Notes: generated by a model from the sequence alone, not told the origin. A stretch of DNA of 63,915 nt from Paraspadella gotoi (GCA_051294375.1 CM119270.1:20916417-20980331), one strand, 5' to 3'. Shown: positions 23,401 through 38,489, counted from the stretch's first letter. Translations and numbers: made by a program.

Positions 23401-25683
23401 TATAAAGGAGTTTAATTAATTAAATAATTAATGATGACAACCACGACAATGATTAATACCGAACGATGACAAATTGATTGATTGCTTAATTTTTTGATTG
23501 ATTGATTGAATATTTGAATTTAATTGATTGAATAATTAATTAACTGATCAGTTCTGGCATTGTAAGCTCAAACTTGTTTGTTTTTTTGTCTTTTCATTAT
23601 GACAGGTAACTGACCAGGCCAAAAGCACAACGTCGTTGGAGATGACAATGATAACACTGACATTGTTTGATTGATTGGATTAATTATTGATTAATTAATT
23701 AATTGGTTCTTTTAATAATTTATTGGATAAATAAATTTTATTAATTAGTTGATTGATAAATTAAATTGATTATTTAATTGATTGATTGATAAAAAATTGA
23801 TTCATTAATTTTTTTAAATGATTTTGATTGATTAGTTGTTTAGTTAATTGATTGATTGATTAATTAATTGATTAATTGAATAATTATGCAGGTTGTATTT
23901 ATATTTAATAAAAAAGAAAAAAGCAAATAAGGAAAAGGTGTTTTTTGTTTTTTTCATTTAAAACCATTCCACTCGAACGATTCTTACATCTTACAAATCT
24001 TACAATTTTTTCATAGTAAAAATTTCACTAGTTATTTGTTAACAAAAAGATTGTTTAAAATTATTTTACAATGAATTACATGTCTAAAGAGAGTATTTTT
24101 ATAAATAATAACAAATATAAAATTTTTCTAAGGAAGGAAGGCGATGTGCACTCGAACGAGAAAGCGATCCGGGCTAAAAAGTAAGGATTGCACCCGAAAA
24201 CGGGAGCGGGAGGGGTCTTGAAGCGCCGGATTGGCAGCGGCGGAAAAATCGATCGCTTCCACATCTCTGGTTCGGCGGATTCGGAGGGTTCGGAGGGTTC
24301 GGAGGGTTTCGGAGGTTCGGAGGGTTCGAGGGTTCGAGGAATTCGGAGGGTTCGGAGGGTTCGGAGGGTTTCGGAGACGACACGTGAGCCCAGTCGGAAA
24401 TTACGTCAATACCAAATCTTTAAGAATCTTTAATAATTCTTTTGGGCAGGAGTTAACTACGTTAGCAGTTAATAAGAGTTGAAGAATGGGGCGACGACAT
24501 ATGACGACGACGACAATCGAACGACGACGACAATGATGACGACGACGACACATGACGAGACGGACGAGCGAAACGACGAGACGAAGATAAAGAAAACCTT
24601 GACGAGATCTATCACGACGTCTACGATGGCGTTAACGACGACGATGACGACGACGACGTCACCAGACAATGACGACGACGACGACGACGACCAAAGATAA
24701 CTTTATTCTATGACCCCAAAGTAGATTAGATTTCAGCCTAAAAAAAAAACCAAAAAACGACGACAATTTCCGTCGCCGATATTGCCGGGTCGTCCTGCCG
24801 GTCCTGCCCGTCCTGCCGGTCCTGCCGGTGCAGCCAGTCTCGCCGATCTCACGGAGTCGATTTTGCCGGTCATTCCGGTCTCGCCTGGTCACTCTCGGCA
24901 TGAAGGTGTCTTGCTTATAGGCGGGGTGAAATTGTGCAATGCCCGACCACATTGCTTCTCTCCTCGTCGCCGAACGAAGTCAGACTCTGTGACCCATAAT
25001 TGTCTCGTTCTCTATCGACGTCTCTGTCTCGAACGTCGTCTCTGTCTCTATCGTTCATCCCACTCCATCTCTGTTCCGCTTGCTGAGCCCAGAAATTAGG
25101 CTTTTTTTTTTTTGGAAGATATTGTGGCTCATGCATCAATGATCAATCATCATCATCATCAATCATATCATCATCAAATCATGCATCATGATCATCATGC
25201 ATCATTCATTATCATCATAAACAATCAGACCAGCACTCTTCTCAACATATTTTTTCTTCACAAAAGCGTGACTCAAAAAAAAAAAAATTCTGTCCGTAGT
25301 CGCCTCGAGACAAATCCTGACAGCTCACGCTCATTTGCATATTGGAGTGTCGGTTTTCCCTTTTTCCTTATTAGTTCTCAAAGCCAATCGGAATCGACAA
25401 AAGCCAATTTGGGGGGAAAAGAAAATTGAGAGGAAATTGAAGACGACGTCACAATCGGTCGTAGTTGTCCTTCCAAGTTTTGTTTTTTTTTGTTTTTTGT
25501 TTTTTGTTTTTTGTTTTTTTTTCCAATAACAAAAAAAGGTAAATGTGATACCACTGCATAGTTATGGAAACCAGGCACTTTGGGAGGAATAAACGAGACT
25601 GTGAGAGAGTCTTGATTGAAAGCTTGCAGTGACTTGCTACTATGTTATTAGAGTGTAAGAGGGATAAAGGCCTCAACGCACCA

Positions 25684-25834
25684 TGGCCTATTCAAAGTCA
25701 GGGGCAAGATGGCTTATTTATTAAGTGAATCGTTAAGTTTTTTACTGGTTGTACCAATTTAATGAAAACAAATAAATGAAACGCTGTTGTGACCCTTAAA
25801 GGTCACGGCCCCTGATTTGGAATATATACCAGTG
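25684..25834. mobile_element. Short MITE (~150 bp) with ~17-bp TIRs
   Basis: TATTCAAAGTCAGGGGC ... GCCCCTGATTTGGAATA inverted ends. Confidence 0.6.
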
Positions 25835-26509
25835 AATGATGAGATGAGATAGCAAAGGTAATCATTTCTCGTTTCTCACGCGATTATATTTCTTGTTAAT
25901 CGCGTGATATGATGGAAAGCGCGTGATCATTTATCTGACCTCACGAATTAAATTCACATCTCATCGTAAATAATCTATCTCTTTTTAATTGCGCATTGAT
26001 ATAATAAAAAAAAATTATAAATCTTTCGAAAACTAAAACTAAACCCCTTTGGCGAAACCCTAAGCTCTTTCTTTGATTAGCCCAGAATTATCTGTCATCG
26101 CTCGACTCATTTATTTCCCTTTTGTTTTTATGTTTTTTCCCAAATATTTGCGAAAGTCGTTACAACAACAACATCAACAACAACAATTACAACAACAACA
26201 TCAAATGTTAGGGTTTACGTCCGTAATAAAATGTTGACGTCATAAATAAAGATTTGATTCCATGAATTATATTTTACGTGTCTAATTAAAATTAACGTTA
26301 AACATATCATTATCCCTTGATTATAGCCACAAACTATCTTTTTCGGATTCCACAATGATTGAAAAAACCACAGAAAGCCCACAATAGCATTTCCTCTGCG
26401 CCTCCCCATTTATTCACTCACTTTAACCTAAATGGCGGCGACTTTCACTTCACAATCATCTCCTTTCACCACAACTACCCAATTTCCATCCAAGGGTCGA
26501 TCCTCCGCC

Positions 26510-27040
26510 AATCTTATGTTCTCCTTCTCATCCCTGCCGCTTCGTGGTTCATCTTATATTCTCCTGCTCATCCTCTGTCCAACTTTATGTTCTCGCTTCC
26601 TCAATCCGCCGCTCGCATAATAATGTTCTCGCTCTCATCCTTGGCCGCCATCTTATGTTCTCGCTTCTCAATCCTCCGTCCATGCTTATGTTCTCCTTCT
26701 CATTCTCTGTCCATCATAATGTTTCCTTCTCGATCCGCTGCCGCCCCATCCTTATTGTTCTTCGTTCTCATCCCTGGCCGTCCATCTTATGTTCTTCGGC
26801 TTCTCATCGGCGCCTCTGTCGCATCTTATGTTCTCGCTTCTCATCACTTGGGCGGCGCCGTCCGATAATATGTTCTCCGTACATCTTATGTTCTCGCTTC
26901 TCATNNNNNNNNNNNNNNNNNNNNNNNNNTTCTCATCCCTCCGTCCATCTTATGTTCTCCTTCTCATCCCTCTGTCCATCTTATGTTCTCCTTCTCATCC
27001 CTCCGTCCATAATATGTTCTCCTTCTCATCCCTCCGTCCA
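26510..27040. repeat. 31-bp minisatellite (TCTCATCCCTCCGTCCATCTTATGTTCTCCT); inverted copy at ~38545-38915
   Basis: Tandem copies interrupted by two N-gaps. Confidence 0.88.
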
Positions 27041-27868
27041 NNNNNNNNNNNNNNNNNNNNNNNNNNNNNNNNNNNNNNNNNNNNNNNNNNNNNNNNNNNN
27101 NNNNNNNNNNNNNNNNNNNNNNNNNNNNNNNNNNNNNNNNNNNNNNNNNNNNNNNNNNNNNNNNNNNNNNNNNNNNNNNNNNNNNNNNNNNNNNNNNNNN
27201 NNNNNNNNNCACCACGTGAAAACAAGCGCAGCGGAATCCTGTCGGGTTGTCGGCCAAATTTATGGGCAAGCTTTGGTCGAGACGATGAGCGCCGACCAAG
27301 CAGCGAGTTTCTAATATTTGTCAAATCTTAGAAAATGATTCGTTTAAAAAAAAACTATCCAGATATTAGTTACTAATTTAGTAGCTAGGTTTAGAAATTC
27401 GTTCTGCACATTGGCAATTGATACTAATGGGGCGTGAACCCAAGACCGCTTGGTCGCAAGAGAGAATGTTCCATCTGTTATTCGGAGTGTCAAAATTCAC
27501 ATTTGAAAAAGATGGGATGAATTGCCTTTAAAAGACATTTCACAACGTGAAAGGAAATACCATTATTTCATGAAATCAAAATAATTTGCATATCTCACAA
27601 GATGTGATTAGTATTAGAAAAAGTATAGTTAAATCATATGAATCATATGAGTTTAGTTTTAAAACAACGTTGACCCTCTTTCTGTCGCCATCGGTTGTCG
27701 GCTTGTCGACGCGTCGGCCCAAACGAGGCGTAAAAAAAAAAAAAAAAAAAAAAACCGAGACGCGAAAATCTAAAAAAAAAGTTGCGAGTCGCGTTGGTAT
27801 AAAAGGAGAGAAATTTCGTCGAGACGAGCAGACGGAAATTTGCGGGAGAATTTCCACCACAGATGGAA

Positions 27869-27959
<91 letters not shown>

Positions 27960-29067
27960 TCTCTCCTCTTCATTTTTCATCCTCTTCTGTTTCGAGTGAG
28001 ATATTTCGATCTTGTCCTATTTTTCTTGACGATGATCCTTACGTCTCATCCGCTTTGGTCAAATAATTGGGCGTGGCTCGTGACTAAATCTTGGCGTGGC
28101 TCGTCACCAATCTCTCTTTGTTTCAACTCTCTTTTTGCCTCTCTCTCTCTCTTTGTTTTCAACTTTCTTTTGTTCGCGCGTTCTCTTTCCGTTCTTTCAA
28201 TTTCTCTTTAGACAAATCTGTTTTTCTTTTCGTTTCCTTCAAGTTTTTCCAACTCGTGATAACTAATACTTTTTAGTTTTTAATATTTAATTAATCGTAA
28301 TAACTCGTTCCCTGACGTAGCCTTCGATAATTCTTTCGCAAATATACATTTCACAATCTCGTTGCAACATCACAAGTTACACATTTTGATTTGCAAGATA
28401 TTTTATTTTTCCAAATTTTGTTGACACATATCGAATCTTAGTTTTATGCAAGAATCTTGATTTTTAATTAATTTTGATTGATAATATTGAATATATTGAA
28501 TATTGAATATATTGAATCTCCTTCATCTCTGATTTTCAATTCTCTTTTCTTTCTTTTTCTTTCTTTTATTTATTGCTTGGTTATTGGTTTCAACTTGTTG
28601 TCGCGGCTCGGGACAAATTGCTTGCCAAGCGAAATATTCCATGGTTTCTCTGGCACAACAAGCAAGAGCCGCAGTATCGTTTCCAGAATTTTAAAGGTTC
28701 GATTCCACATTTTGAATTCTTACATTTTCTCGTCGTGGCCCTTCTCTCTCTCTCTTTCGGAATTCAGTCCACGGAACGAGAAAGCAATACTGGACAAATC
28801 TGATGGACTTTTGCCTAATGTCCACCAATCCACGACTCACTTCGCTCGCAGCCGAAGCATCAAATATTCCAAATCCTTTTTTATTCCCCTTTTTTTCTTT
28901 TCTCATTTCAAAAATGTCAATTTTGTGACAAAAGAGAGAGAGAGAGAAAGAAAATCTTCTTTTTTTGTCTTTTTTCTTTGGAAATAAATCAATTTTTTTA
29001 GGAATAAATAAAAGAGTTAGAGAAAAGTTACTGTCAATAATCATTGTTAAATTAATATTAAAAATCG

Positions 29068-29714
29068 TGCATAGTAGAGTGGAGTGATGAAAAGATTGAA
29101 TGATTGAACATTATTTTTTTGCTGCTTATGGACATGTAGTTAATAAATTTTAAATCCTTTTAAAAATCTTTTTAGCATAACAGTATAGTAAATTCAATTA
29201 TTTATGTAGTAATATCCTTATAAAATCGTAAAATTTCAAAATAATTTTTTTTATTTTTAAGAACAGATTTGAATTTGTCTTAAAAAACTAAAAAAAACTT
29301 TTATAAAATATTTTATATAATATTTTAATATTTGGATTACAAAAAATGACTAAAACGTTTTAACATATATAAGTTTTTACTACAGAAAATAAAAAAGTCA
29401 TAAACTTTTACCTTTTTTACATTTTAAATTTAAACGCTGAAGATGACAGAATTTTTGATAACTTGTTTTATATTTTTGATTAAACTTTTTATAAAAAATC
29501 TGAATCTTAATTAAAAGTTTTAAAAAAATTATTTTTAAAATTTACCATTTTATAAGAATATTACTACAAATATATTGTATTTTACTATTCTGTTCCCGAG
29601 ACAAAATGAACAAAATAAAACAAAATTTTACTAGTTAGTCATACTATCTCACATCTAAATATCCTTTCGATCATTCAAATATTTTTTTGTTCTTGAGTGC
29701 TCCACTCTAATGCA
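29068..29714. mobile_element. AT-rich foldback/MITE (~650 bp, long imperfect palindrome)
   Basis: Ends TGCATAGTAGAGTGGAG and CTCCACTCTAATGCA. Internal arms AACAGTATAGTAAATTCAAT and ATTGTATTTTACTATTCTGTT are inverted. Confidence 0.7.
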
Positions 29715-30320
29715 TAGTAAAAAATAATAATTCGCGTTCTTATCTCGCGACGTTTATTTTTTTTCTCAGGGTTCTTCACGAGAATCGAAGAAAAAAAATG
29801 AGTTTGAAACGTGTCTCGGTAAGTGACTCACTATCATATTCACATTTCACCCTCTCCCCTTCTTTCTCACTTTTACTCACTTCTCACATCTCCCCCCCTC
29901 CGCCGCTCATCTCCACAGTGTGTTTCGATGCTTTCGCCACAGTGTTTTAATGCTTTGGCGCGATTCCATAACATCGAAGCAACCTATTCGATATTCCCAG
30001 AAAAAAATGATTAAAATTTGTTTTTTTTTGAAAAAAACTCGTAAAGAGGTTTTCTCTTGAGAGTTGCCAACGGCCTCGATGTATATAGGGCAATCTCCAA
30101 ATATTTTTTTTTTAATTTGTTTTCTTTTAAGAGTTTATGATTCAACCTCAATCAACCAAATATATAAATAAATAATAATAATAATAACCATAAAGGTGCA
30201 GCAACAGAAATCTCCTGCCAAATATACCAGAATACCTAAATATAAAAAACTTCAATAAATATAATGAGTGTTTACTGTTTATACTAGATCGGTTCATCTA
30301 TATATAGATATATATAGATA

Positions 30321-30960
30321 TGTGGTAAGGCCTCGTAGGCGCGCCACAGCGTGACGGAGGGCGTGGCACCGGCGTTGCACGGTTCTAAGACGACGTTAGT
30401 GAGAGCGTGAGTCTCTAAGAGATGTCGTCGCAGGGAAGGCGTGAAACGGGATTTGAATTGTTTATAAGACTTCTTAATGTATTTATTACATTAGTAATTA
30501 AAAACGAGTGAAGTGATAATTAATAACATGTATTAACTTCAAGAGATAAAAACCAGACTGAAGAATCTTCAGTTAACAATTGAAAAAGTAAACAGTCTAT
30601 AAACAAAAGAATATTAAAGATTTAAATAATTCTGACATCTTCAGGAGATGAAGAAAACAAATGATCCGATCTTGAAATGCTTTTTGTTGAATTCGAAGTT
30701 GTTGGATTTTCAGGGGTCTGGTTGGCTGATGACTGGGAAATACCAATCGCCAGAGATCGAGTCCGGGACGCGAGAGCGATGGGGAGACTTGGCGCGAGCG
30801 AGGGACATCGAAGGAAGCAGTAATGCTGAGCGCAAGGGGGTGGGAGACAGGCCATCTCCGAGGCGCGGGGTTGGTCAGCGGGCTTCCTGGTACGGGTTCG
30901 ATCCGCGGGAGCGGCGACTTTATTTCCATAAGTTGAAATAATACACTTCGATTGGCCACA
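30321..30960. mobile_element. Solo LTR (640 bp) with 4-bp TSD
   Basis: Starts TGTGG, ends CCACA, and is flanked on both sides by GATA within a TA-rich tract. More GC-rich than its flanks. Confidence 0.65.
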
Positions 30961-33900
30961 GATATATAGATATATTTTATAAAGATATATATAGGATATG
31001 TAGTAAAATAATCGCTTTGCAACAAAATTGAGATCGTAATATTGCGCTTTAATGAATTTTTTATTAATTTAATGATACGATTTTCCAGGAAAAAAATTAG
31101 CTACTATATTTGTTGGTATTTTTTGCTACGATTTATTTTCTTCGCAATTTGATTTTTCTCCAATTTCAATATGATTTCGATGCAGAAGCGCATGATTCAC
31201 GAACCGAGAAAAATATTACAATATGCAAATGATTTTGAAGAAGAAAAGACAGCTCATCATGATTGTTTTTTTGCCTTTAGTTTTGGATGTGGTGGATCAT
31301 CACGAGATCGCCGCTCGTGTTTCTTCCTGGGGACAGGTGTGAATTGTGAATTGTGACTCTTTAATGTGTGAACTGGTAATCAATAAAATTCATATTTCAA
31401 ATCTTGCAGCCGACTGCGCCGCAATGTTTGCGAAACCAAATCGACTTCAGTTGACGCAATATGGAGAGATTTCATTGCGCTGTGATGACTCCCAACCGAA
31501 CCTGGTTTAGAAGGTTAAGCAATTTATTACTTTGCTTATGCTTTCGTCTAATAAAGTCGTTGGAAACAAAGACAGCTTATAGCGAATGTCGTCTTATGAA
31601 TTCACATTTGTCGGTCTGTGTCGACGCCCTAGTTTGATCGGTCGTCATAAGTCAGTTAACACATTATAAACATTTAAAGAAAAGGTCCAGTCCGTCGTAA
31701 GTTCGTCATGCTCTTGTCCGCGTCATCTCTCCTGTAGCTTTAAACATAATTACCAATGAGTGGAGTCATCATGAAATTGTGTTTGATTAGCTGAAACAAG
31801 TTTTTGACGAATCGTCAAAGTAGGAATATGTTTAATGATGGAAAAAACAAAAGACAGCGTTTTACTATATTGATTTTCCTTTTTTTATGTGGAAATGTAA
31901 ATGGTTTGTGGTGGAGAGTGTAATGGAAGTTTGTGAACTTTTATTTAATTAAATTAAACAGTTAATTAATTACATTAGTTATATTAATCATTTGATTGGG
32001 AAGTTAGCGCTAATTATCGTGAGCGATGCGAAAGCATGTGTTTGCTCAAAGTTTGTTCAAAAAAAGATAAGAAGAAACTATATCGGTATAGTAATGCACT
32101 AATTGAGTAAGTACGCAGGAGGTTGTCTTAACGTCAAGTTTAATACTCTACAACTCTTTTATACATATAAGTACAAATTTTTAAGCCTAATTTTTAGCTT
32201 AAAAGGCGTTCTCACACTGGATCGTTAATGATAAATATATATTTATCTCCTTCTAATTTTATTCCGTACATTTTGTGCATTTCTTTTCGATTTTCTCAGA
32301 TGTCATGCGAAACGATCCTGAAGAATCTTCTTTCTTTCTCAACAAGATGTAAGTTTGTCTTTTTATTTTGACTTTCGTCTTATACATGATCCTTTGGCTT
32401 AGTTTATCTTCGTAATTAATTAATTTTATTTTTAATTTTAATTTTTGATATTGAAATAATAAGAGACCTTTTGAGAAAGAAATCAATAGATCGACATAAT
32501 ACAGAAAGAGAGTGGATGACAGTAAAATAAAAAATAAGAATGAGAGAAGGAAAGAAACAATAATTATGAATAAAAATTCAGTATAAAGAATGTAGTCGGG
32601 CATTGCAATAGGTTTACCCAGCCTATAAGCATGACAGCTGCATGACACATTCAGTCGTGACCCTGTTAGTAATCTCATCAACTCATGACGATCACAAATG
32701 GTGCCTACCCTGCGGGAAGCGTGAGGACGAACGTAAACCCCCTTAGGTGGCCTGGAAAACGCTTAAGCCTGAATCCAAGCCCNNNNNNNNNNGAGAGAAA
32801 GAAAATCTCCTTTTTTTGTCTTTTTTCTTTGGAAATCAATCAATTTTTTTAGGAATAAATAAAAGTGTTAGAGAAATGTTAATGTCAATAATCATTGTTA
32901 AATTATTATTAACAATCGTGCATAGTAGAGTGGAGTCATGAAAAGATTGAGTGATTGAACATTATTTTTTTGCTGCTTATGGACATGTAGTTAATAAATT
33001 TTAAATCCTTTTAAAAATCTTTTTAGCATACCAGTATAGTAAATTCAATTATTTATGTAGTAATATCCTTATAAAATCGTAAAATTTCAAAATAATTTTT
33101 TTTTATTTTTAAGAACAGATTTGAATTTGTCTTAAAAAACTAAAAAAAAACTTTTATAAAATATTTTATATAATATTTTCATATTTGGATTACAAAAAAT
33201 GACTAAAACGTTTTAACATATATAAGTTTCTACTACAGAAAATAAAAAAGTCATAAACTTTTACCTTTTTCACATTTTAAATTTAAACGCTGAAGATGAC
33301 AGAATTTTTGATAACTTGTTTTATATTTTTGATTCAACTTTTTATAAAAAAATCTGAATCTTAATTAAAAGTTTTAAAAAAATTATTTTCAAAATTTACC
33401 ATTTTATAAGAATATTATTACAAATATATTGTATTTTACTATTCTGTTCCCGAGACAAAATGAACAAAATAATTTGTTTACTAGTTAGTCATACTATCTC
33501 ACATCTAAATATCCTTNNNNNNNNNNNNNNNNNNNNNNNNNNNNNNNNNNNNNNNNNNNNNNNNNNNNNNNNNNNNNNNNNNNNNNNNNNNNNNNNNNNN
33601 NNNNNNNNNNNNNNNNNNNNNNNNNNNNNNNNNNNNNNNNNNNNNNNNNNNNNNNNNNNNNNNNNNNNNNNNNNNNNNNNNNNNNNNNNNNNNNNNNNNN
33701 NNNNNNNNNNNNNNNNNNNNNNNNNNNNNNNNNNNNNNNNNNNNNNNNNNNNNNNNNNNNNNNNNNNNNNNNNNNNNNNNNNNNNNNNNNNNNNNNNNNN
33801 NNNNAGAATCGAAGAAAAAAAATGAGTTTGAAACGTGTCTCGGTGAGTGACTAACTATCACATTCACATTTCACCCTCTCCCCTTCTGTCTCACTTTTAC

Positions 33901-36900
33901 TCACTTCTCACACCTCCCCCCTCCGCCGTTCATCTCCACAGAGTGTTTCGATTTCTCAGGATCGTTTCGCATGACATCTGAGAAAATCGAAAAGAAATGA
34001 ACAAAATGTACGGAATAAAATTAGAAGGAGATAAATATATATTTATCATTAACGATCCAGAGTGAGAACGCCTTTAAGCTAAAAATTAGGCTTAAAAATT
34101 TGTACTTGTATAAAAGAGTTGTAGAGTATAAATGCTTAAACACTCTTTTCTCTTGGTATTACTAATTAGTGATTACTATTACCATAGTTTTCTTTTTGAA
34201 CAACTTGAGCAAATAATGCTTTATCGGTTCACGATAAATTTAGCGCTAAGCTTCCAATCAAATGATTAATTAACTAATAATTATTAACTATTTAATTAAT
34301 TAAATAATAGTTACAACTTCCCATTACATTTACTTTACATTTCACATAAAAAAAGGAAAATCAAATAGTAAAACGTGTCTTTTGTTTTTTTCCATTAAAC
34401 ATATTTCCACTTTGACGATTCCGTCAAAACTTGATTTCCAGCTCCAATCAAACACAATTTCAATTGTGACTTCCACTCATTGGTAATTAATGTTTAAAGC
34501 TAAGGGAGGATGGACGGAAAGATGCATGGACGAATTTACAGACGGATGGACATCGTTTTTCTTTGTAAATTTTTTTATAAATCGATGTTTTTAAAATGAT
34601 TTGAGTGACTGACCGATCAAACTAGGGGTCGACCGACAGACCGACAAAGTGAATCATAGAACCGCATTCTGCTATAGCCGTTTTTCCGAAAGACTTTTTA
34701 GACAAAGCATAAGCCAAAGTATAATATTTAACCTTTAAACCAGGTTCGTGTGGAGTCATCAAGCGAATGATTCTCCATTTGCGTCAACTGAAGTCGATTT
34801 GGTTTCGCCAACATTGGCGGCGCAGTCGGCTGAAGATTGAAATATGAATTTTATTGATTACCAGTTCGACATTAAGGAGTCACAATTCACAATTCACTAT
34901 TCACAGATTCACACCTGTCCCCAGGAAGAAAACGAGGCGGCGATCCGTGAGATCCACCACATCCAAAACTAAAGCAAAAAAAAACAATCATGATGAGCTG
35001 TTCTTTTTTCTTCAAAATCATTTGCAATTCGCAATATTTTTCTCGTTCGTGAATCATGCGCTTGCACGAATCAATATTGTAAATTGTTGAAAAAATCAAT
35101 TGCGAAGAAATTTAATCGTAGCAAAAATACCAAAAAATATAGTAGTAATTTTTTCCTGGGAAAAAGTATCATTAAATTAATAATAATTCATGAAGCGATA
35201 TGTACGATCTCAATTATTTTGTTGCAAAGCGATATTTTACAACATATAGATAACCGATCTGTTAAACACTCATTTTATCTATAATATATCTTATCATATT
35301 GATATTCATATATCAGGAGATCTGTTGTGCACTTTTTGGTATGTATTAATTATATGTATATTATTATTTATATATGACACGACTGCAGTTAACTGGCGAA
35401 ACCTACCCACTGCAATTTTTAGCACATTTTTATATCTGTGGCCACTCTGAGGTGAATAATAAAACTCTTAAAAAAACAAATTAAAAAAAAAATATTTGGA
35501 GATTGCCCTATATACATCGAGGCCGTTGGCAACTCTGCAAGAGAAAACCTTTACGAGTATTTTCAAAAAAAAAACAAATTTAATCATTTTTTTTCTGGAA
35601 ATTCTGAATAGGTTTGCTTCGATGTTATGGAATACGCGCCAAACGCATTAAAACAATGTGGCGAAAGCATCGAGAACACTCGTGGATATGAACGGCGGAA
35701 GGGGGAGGTGTGAGAAGTGAGTAAAAGTGAGACAGAAGGGGAGAGGGTGAAAGTGATATGTAATAGTTAGTCACTCACCGAGACACGTTTAAACTCATTT
35801 TTTTTTCTTCGGATTCTTCGTGAAGACCTGAAAAAAAATAGCGTCGGGATAAAAAAACACATTATTATTTTTTACTATAGCACAGAGTGGACACTCAAGA
35901 ACAAAAAAATTTGGTATGAATGATCGAACAAGGAGATTTAGATGTGAAGATATGTAGATGACTAACTAGTAAACAAAATTATTTTGTTTCATTTTTGTTC
36001 TCGTCGCGAGACAGAAATAAGTGAAAAACAGATATATTTGTATAATATTCTTATAAAATGGAAATTTTTGAAAATAGATTTTTTTAAAACTTTTAATTAA
36101 GATCAGATTTTTTTATAAAAAGTTGAATCAAAAATATAAAACAAGTTATCACAAATTCTGTCATCTTCAGCGTTTAAATTTAAATGTAAAAAGGTAAAAT
36201 TTTATGATTTTTTATTTTCTGCTAGTAGAAACTATATATGTTAAAACGTTTTAGTCATTTTTTGTAATCCAAATATGAATATTATATAAATATTTTATAA
36301 AGTTTTTTTTTAGTTTTTAAGACAAATTCAAATCTGTTCTTAAAAATAAAAAAAAAATTATTTTGAAAATTTTAACGATTTATAAGGATATTACTACATT
36401 AAATAATTGAATTTATATACTGGTATGCTAAAAAGATTTTTAAAAAGGATTTAAAATTTATTAACTACATGTCCATAAGCAGCAAAAAAATAATGTTCAA
36501 TCACTCAACTTTCATAACTCCACTCTACTATGCACGATTGTTAATATAATTTAACAATGATTATTGACATAACATTTCTCTAAACTTTTATTTATTCCAA
36601 AAAAATTGATTGATTTCCAAAAAAAAAGACAAAAAAAAGGAGATTTTCTTTCTCTCTCTCTCTCTTTTGTCACAAAATTGACATTTTTGAAATGAGAAAA
36701 GAGAAAAAAAGGGGAAATAAAAAAGGATTGGAATATTTGAATGCTTCGGCTCGCGAGCGAAGTGAGTCGTGGATTGGTGGACATTAGCAAAAGTCCATCA
36801 GATCTTGTCCAGTATTGCTTTTTCGTTCCGTGGACTGAATTCCGAAAGAGAGAGAGAAGGGCCACGACGAGAAAATGATAAGAATTCAAAATGTGGAATC

Positions 36901-37671
36901 GAACCTTTAAAATTCTGGAAACGATACTGCGGCTCTTGCTTGTTGTGGCACAGAAACCATGGAATATTTCGCTTGGCAAGCAATTTGTCCCGAGCGCGAC
37001 ATCAAGTTGAAACCAATAACCAAGCCATAAATAAAAGAAAGAAAAAAGAAAGAAAAGAGAATTGAAAATCAGAGATGAGGAGATTCAATATATTCAATAT
37101 TCAATATATTCAATATTATCAATCAAAATTAATTAAAAATTCAAGATTCTTGCATAAAACTAAGATTCGATATGTGTCAACAAAATTTGGGAAAAATAAA
37201 ATATCTGCAAATCAAAATGTGTAACTTGTGATGTTTGCAACGAGATAGTGAATATGTAATATTATTGCCGATTAATTAAATATTAAAAACTAAAAAAGTA
37301 TTAGTTATTACGAGTTGGAACAACTGAAGGAAACGAAAAGAAAAACAGATTTGTCTAAAGAGAAATTGAAAGAACGGAAAGAGAACGCGCGAACAAAAGA
37401 AGTTGAAAACAAAGAGAGAGAGAGAGAGAGACGAGAGACGAGAGAGAGAGAGAGAGACGAGAGAAGAGAGAGAGGAGAGAGAGCCGGGAGAGAGAGGCAA
37501 AAGAGAGTTGAAAAACAAAGAGAGATTGGTGACCGAGCCACGCCAAGATTTAGTCACGAGCCACGCCCAATTATTTGACCAAAAGCGGATGAGACGTAAG
37601 GATCATGTCAAGAAAACTAGGACAGAATCGAAATATCTCACTTCGAACAAGAAGAGGATGAAAAATGAGAG

Positions 37672-37741
<70 letters not shown>

Positions 37742-38441
37742 AGAGACATTTCCATCGTGGTGGAAATTCTCTATCCAAATTTCCGTCTGCTCGTCTCGAC
37801 GAAATTTCTCTCCTTTTAACCAACGCGACTCGCAACTTTTTTTTTAGATTCGCGTCTCGTTTTTTTTTTTTTTTTTTTTTTACGCTCGTTGGCCGACGCG
37901 TCGACAAGCCGAACAACCGATGGCGACAGAAAGAGGTCAACGTTGTTTAAAAACTAAAACTCATATGATTCATATGATTTAACTAAACTTTTCTAAATAC
38001 TAATCACATCGTAACTCATTGTGAGATATGCAAATTATTTTGATTTCATGAAATAAGGTATTTCCTTTCACGTTGTGAAATGTCTTTTAAAGGCAATTCA
38101 TCCCATCTTTTTCAAATGTGAATTTTGACACTCCGAATAACAGATGGAACATTCTCTCTTGCGACCAAGCGGTCTTGGTTCACGCCCATTAGTATCATAT
38201 TGCCAATGTGCATGAACGATATTAAAAACCTAGCACTTAACATTAGTAACTAATATCTAGCGATATTTTTTTTTTAAACGAATCATTTTCTAAGATTTGA
38301 CAAATATTAGAAACTCGCTGCTTGGTCGGCGCTCATTCGTCTCGACCGAAAGCTGCCGCATAAATTTGGCCGACAACCCGACAGGATTCCGCTGCGCTTG
38401 TTTTCACGTGTGTAGAGAGAGAGAGAGAGATGAGAGAGAGA

Positions 38442-38489
<48 letters not shown>

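Noticed and set aside
30555-30600. Hammerhead core CUGAAGA inside the solo LTR
   Set aside because: No properly placed GAAA after a stem II; it is just a short palindrome.
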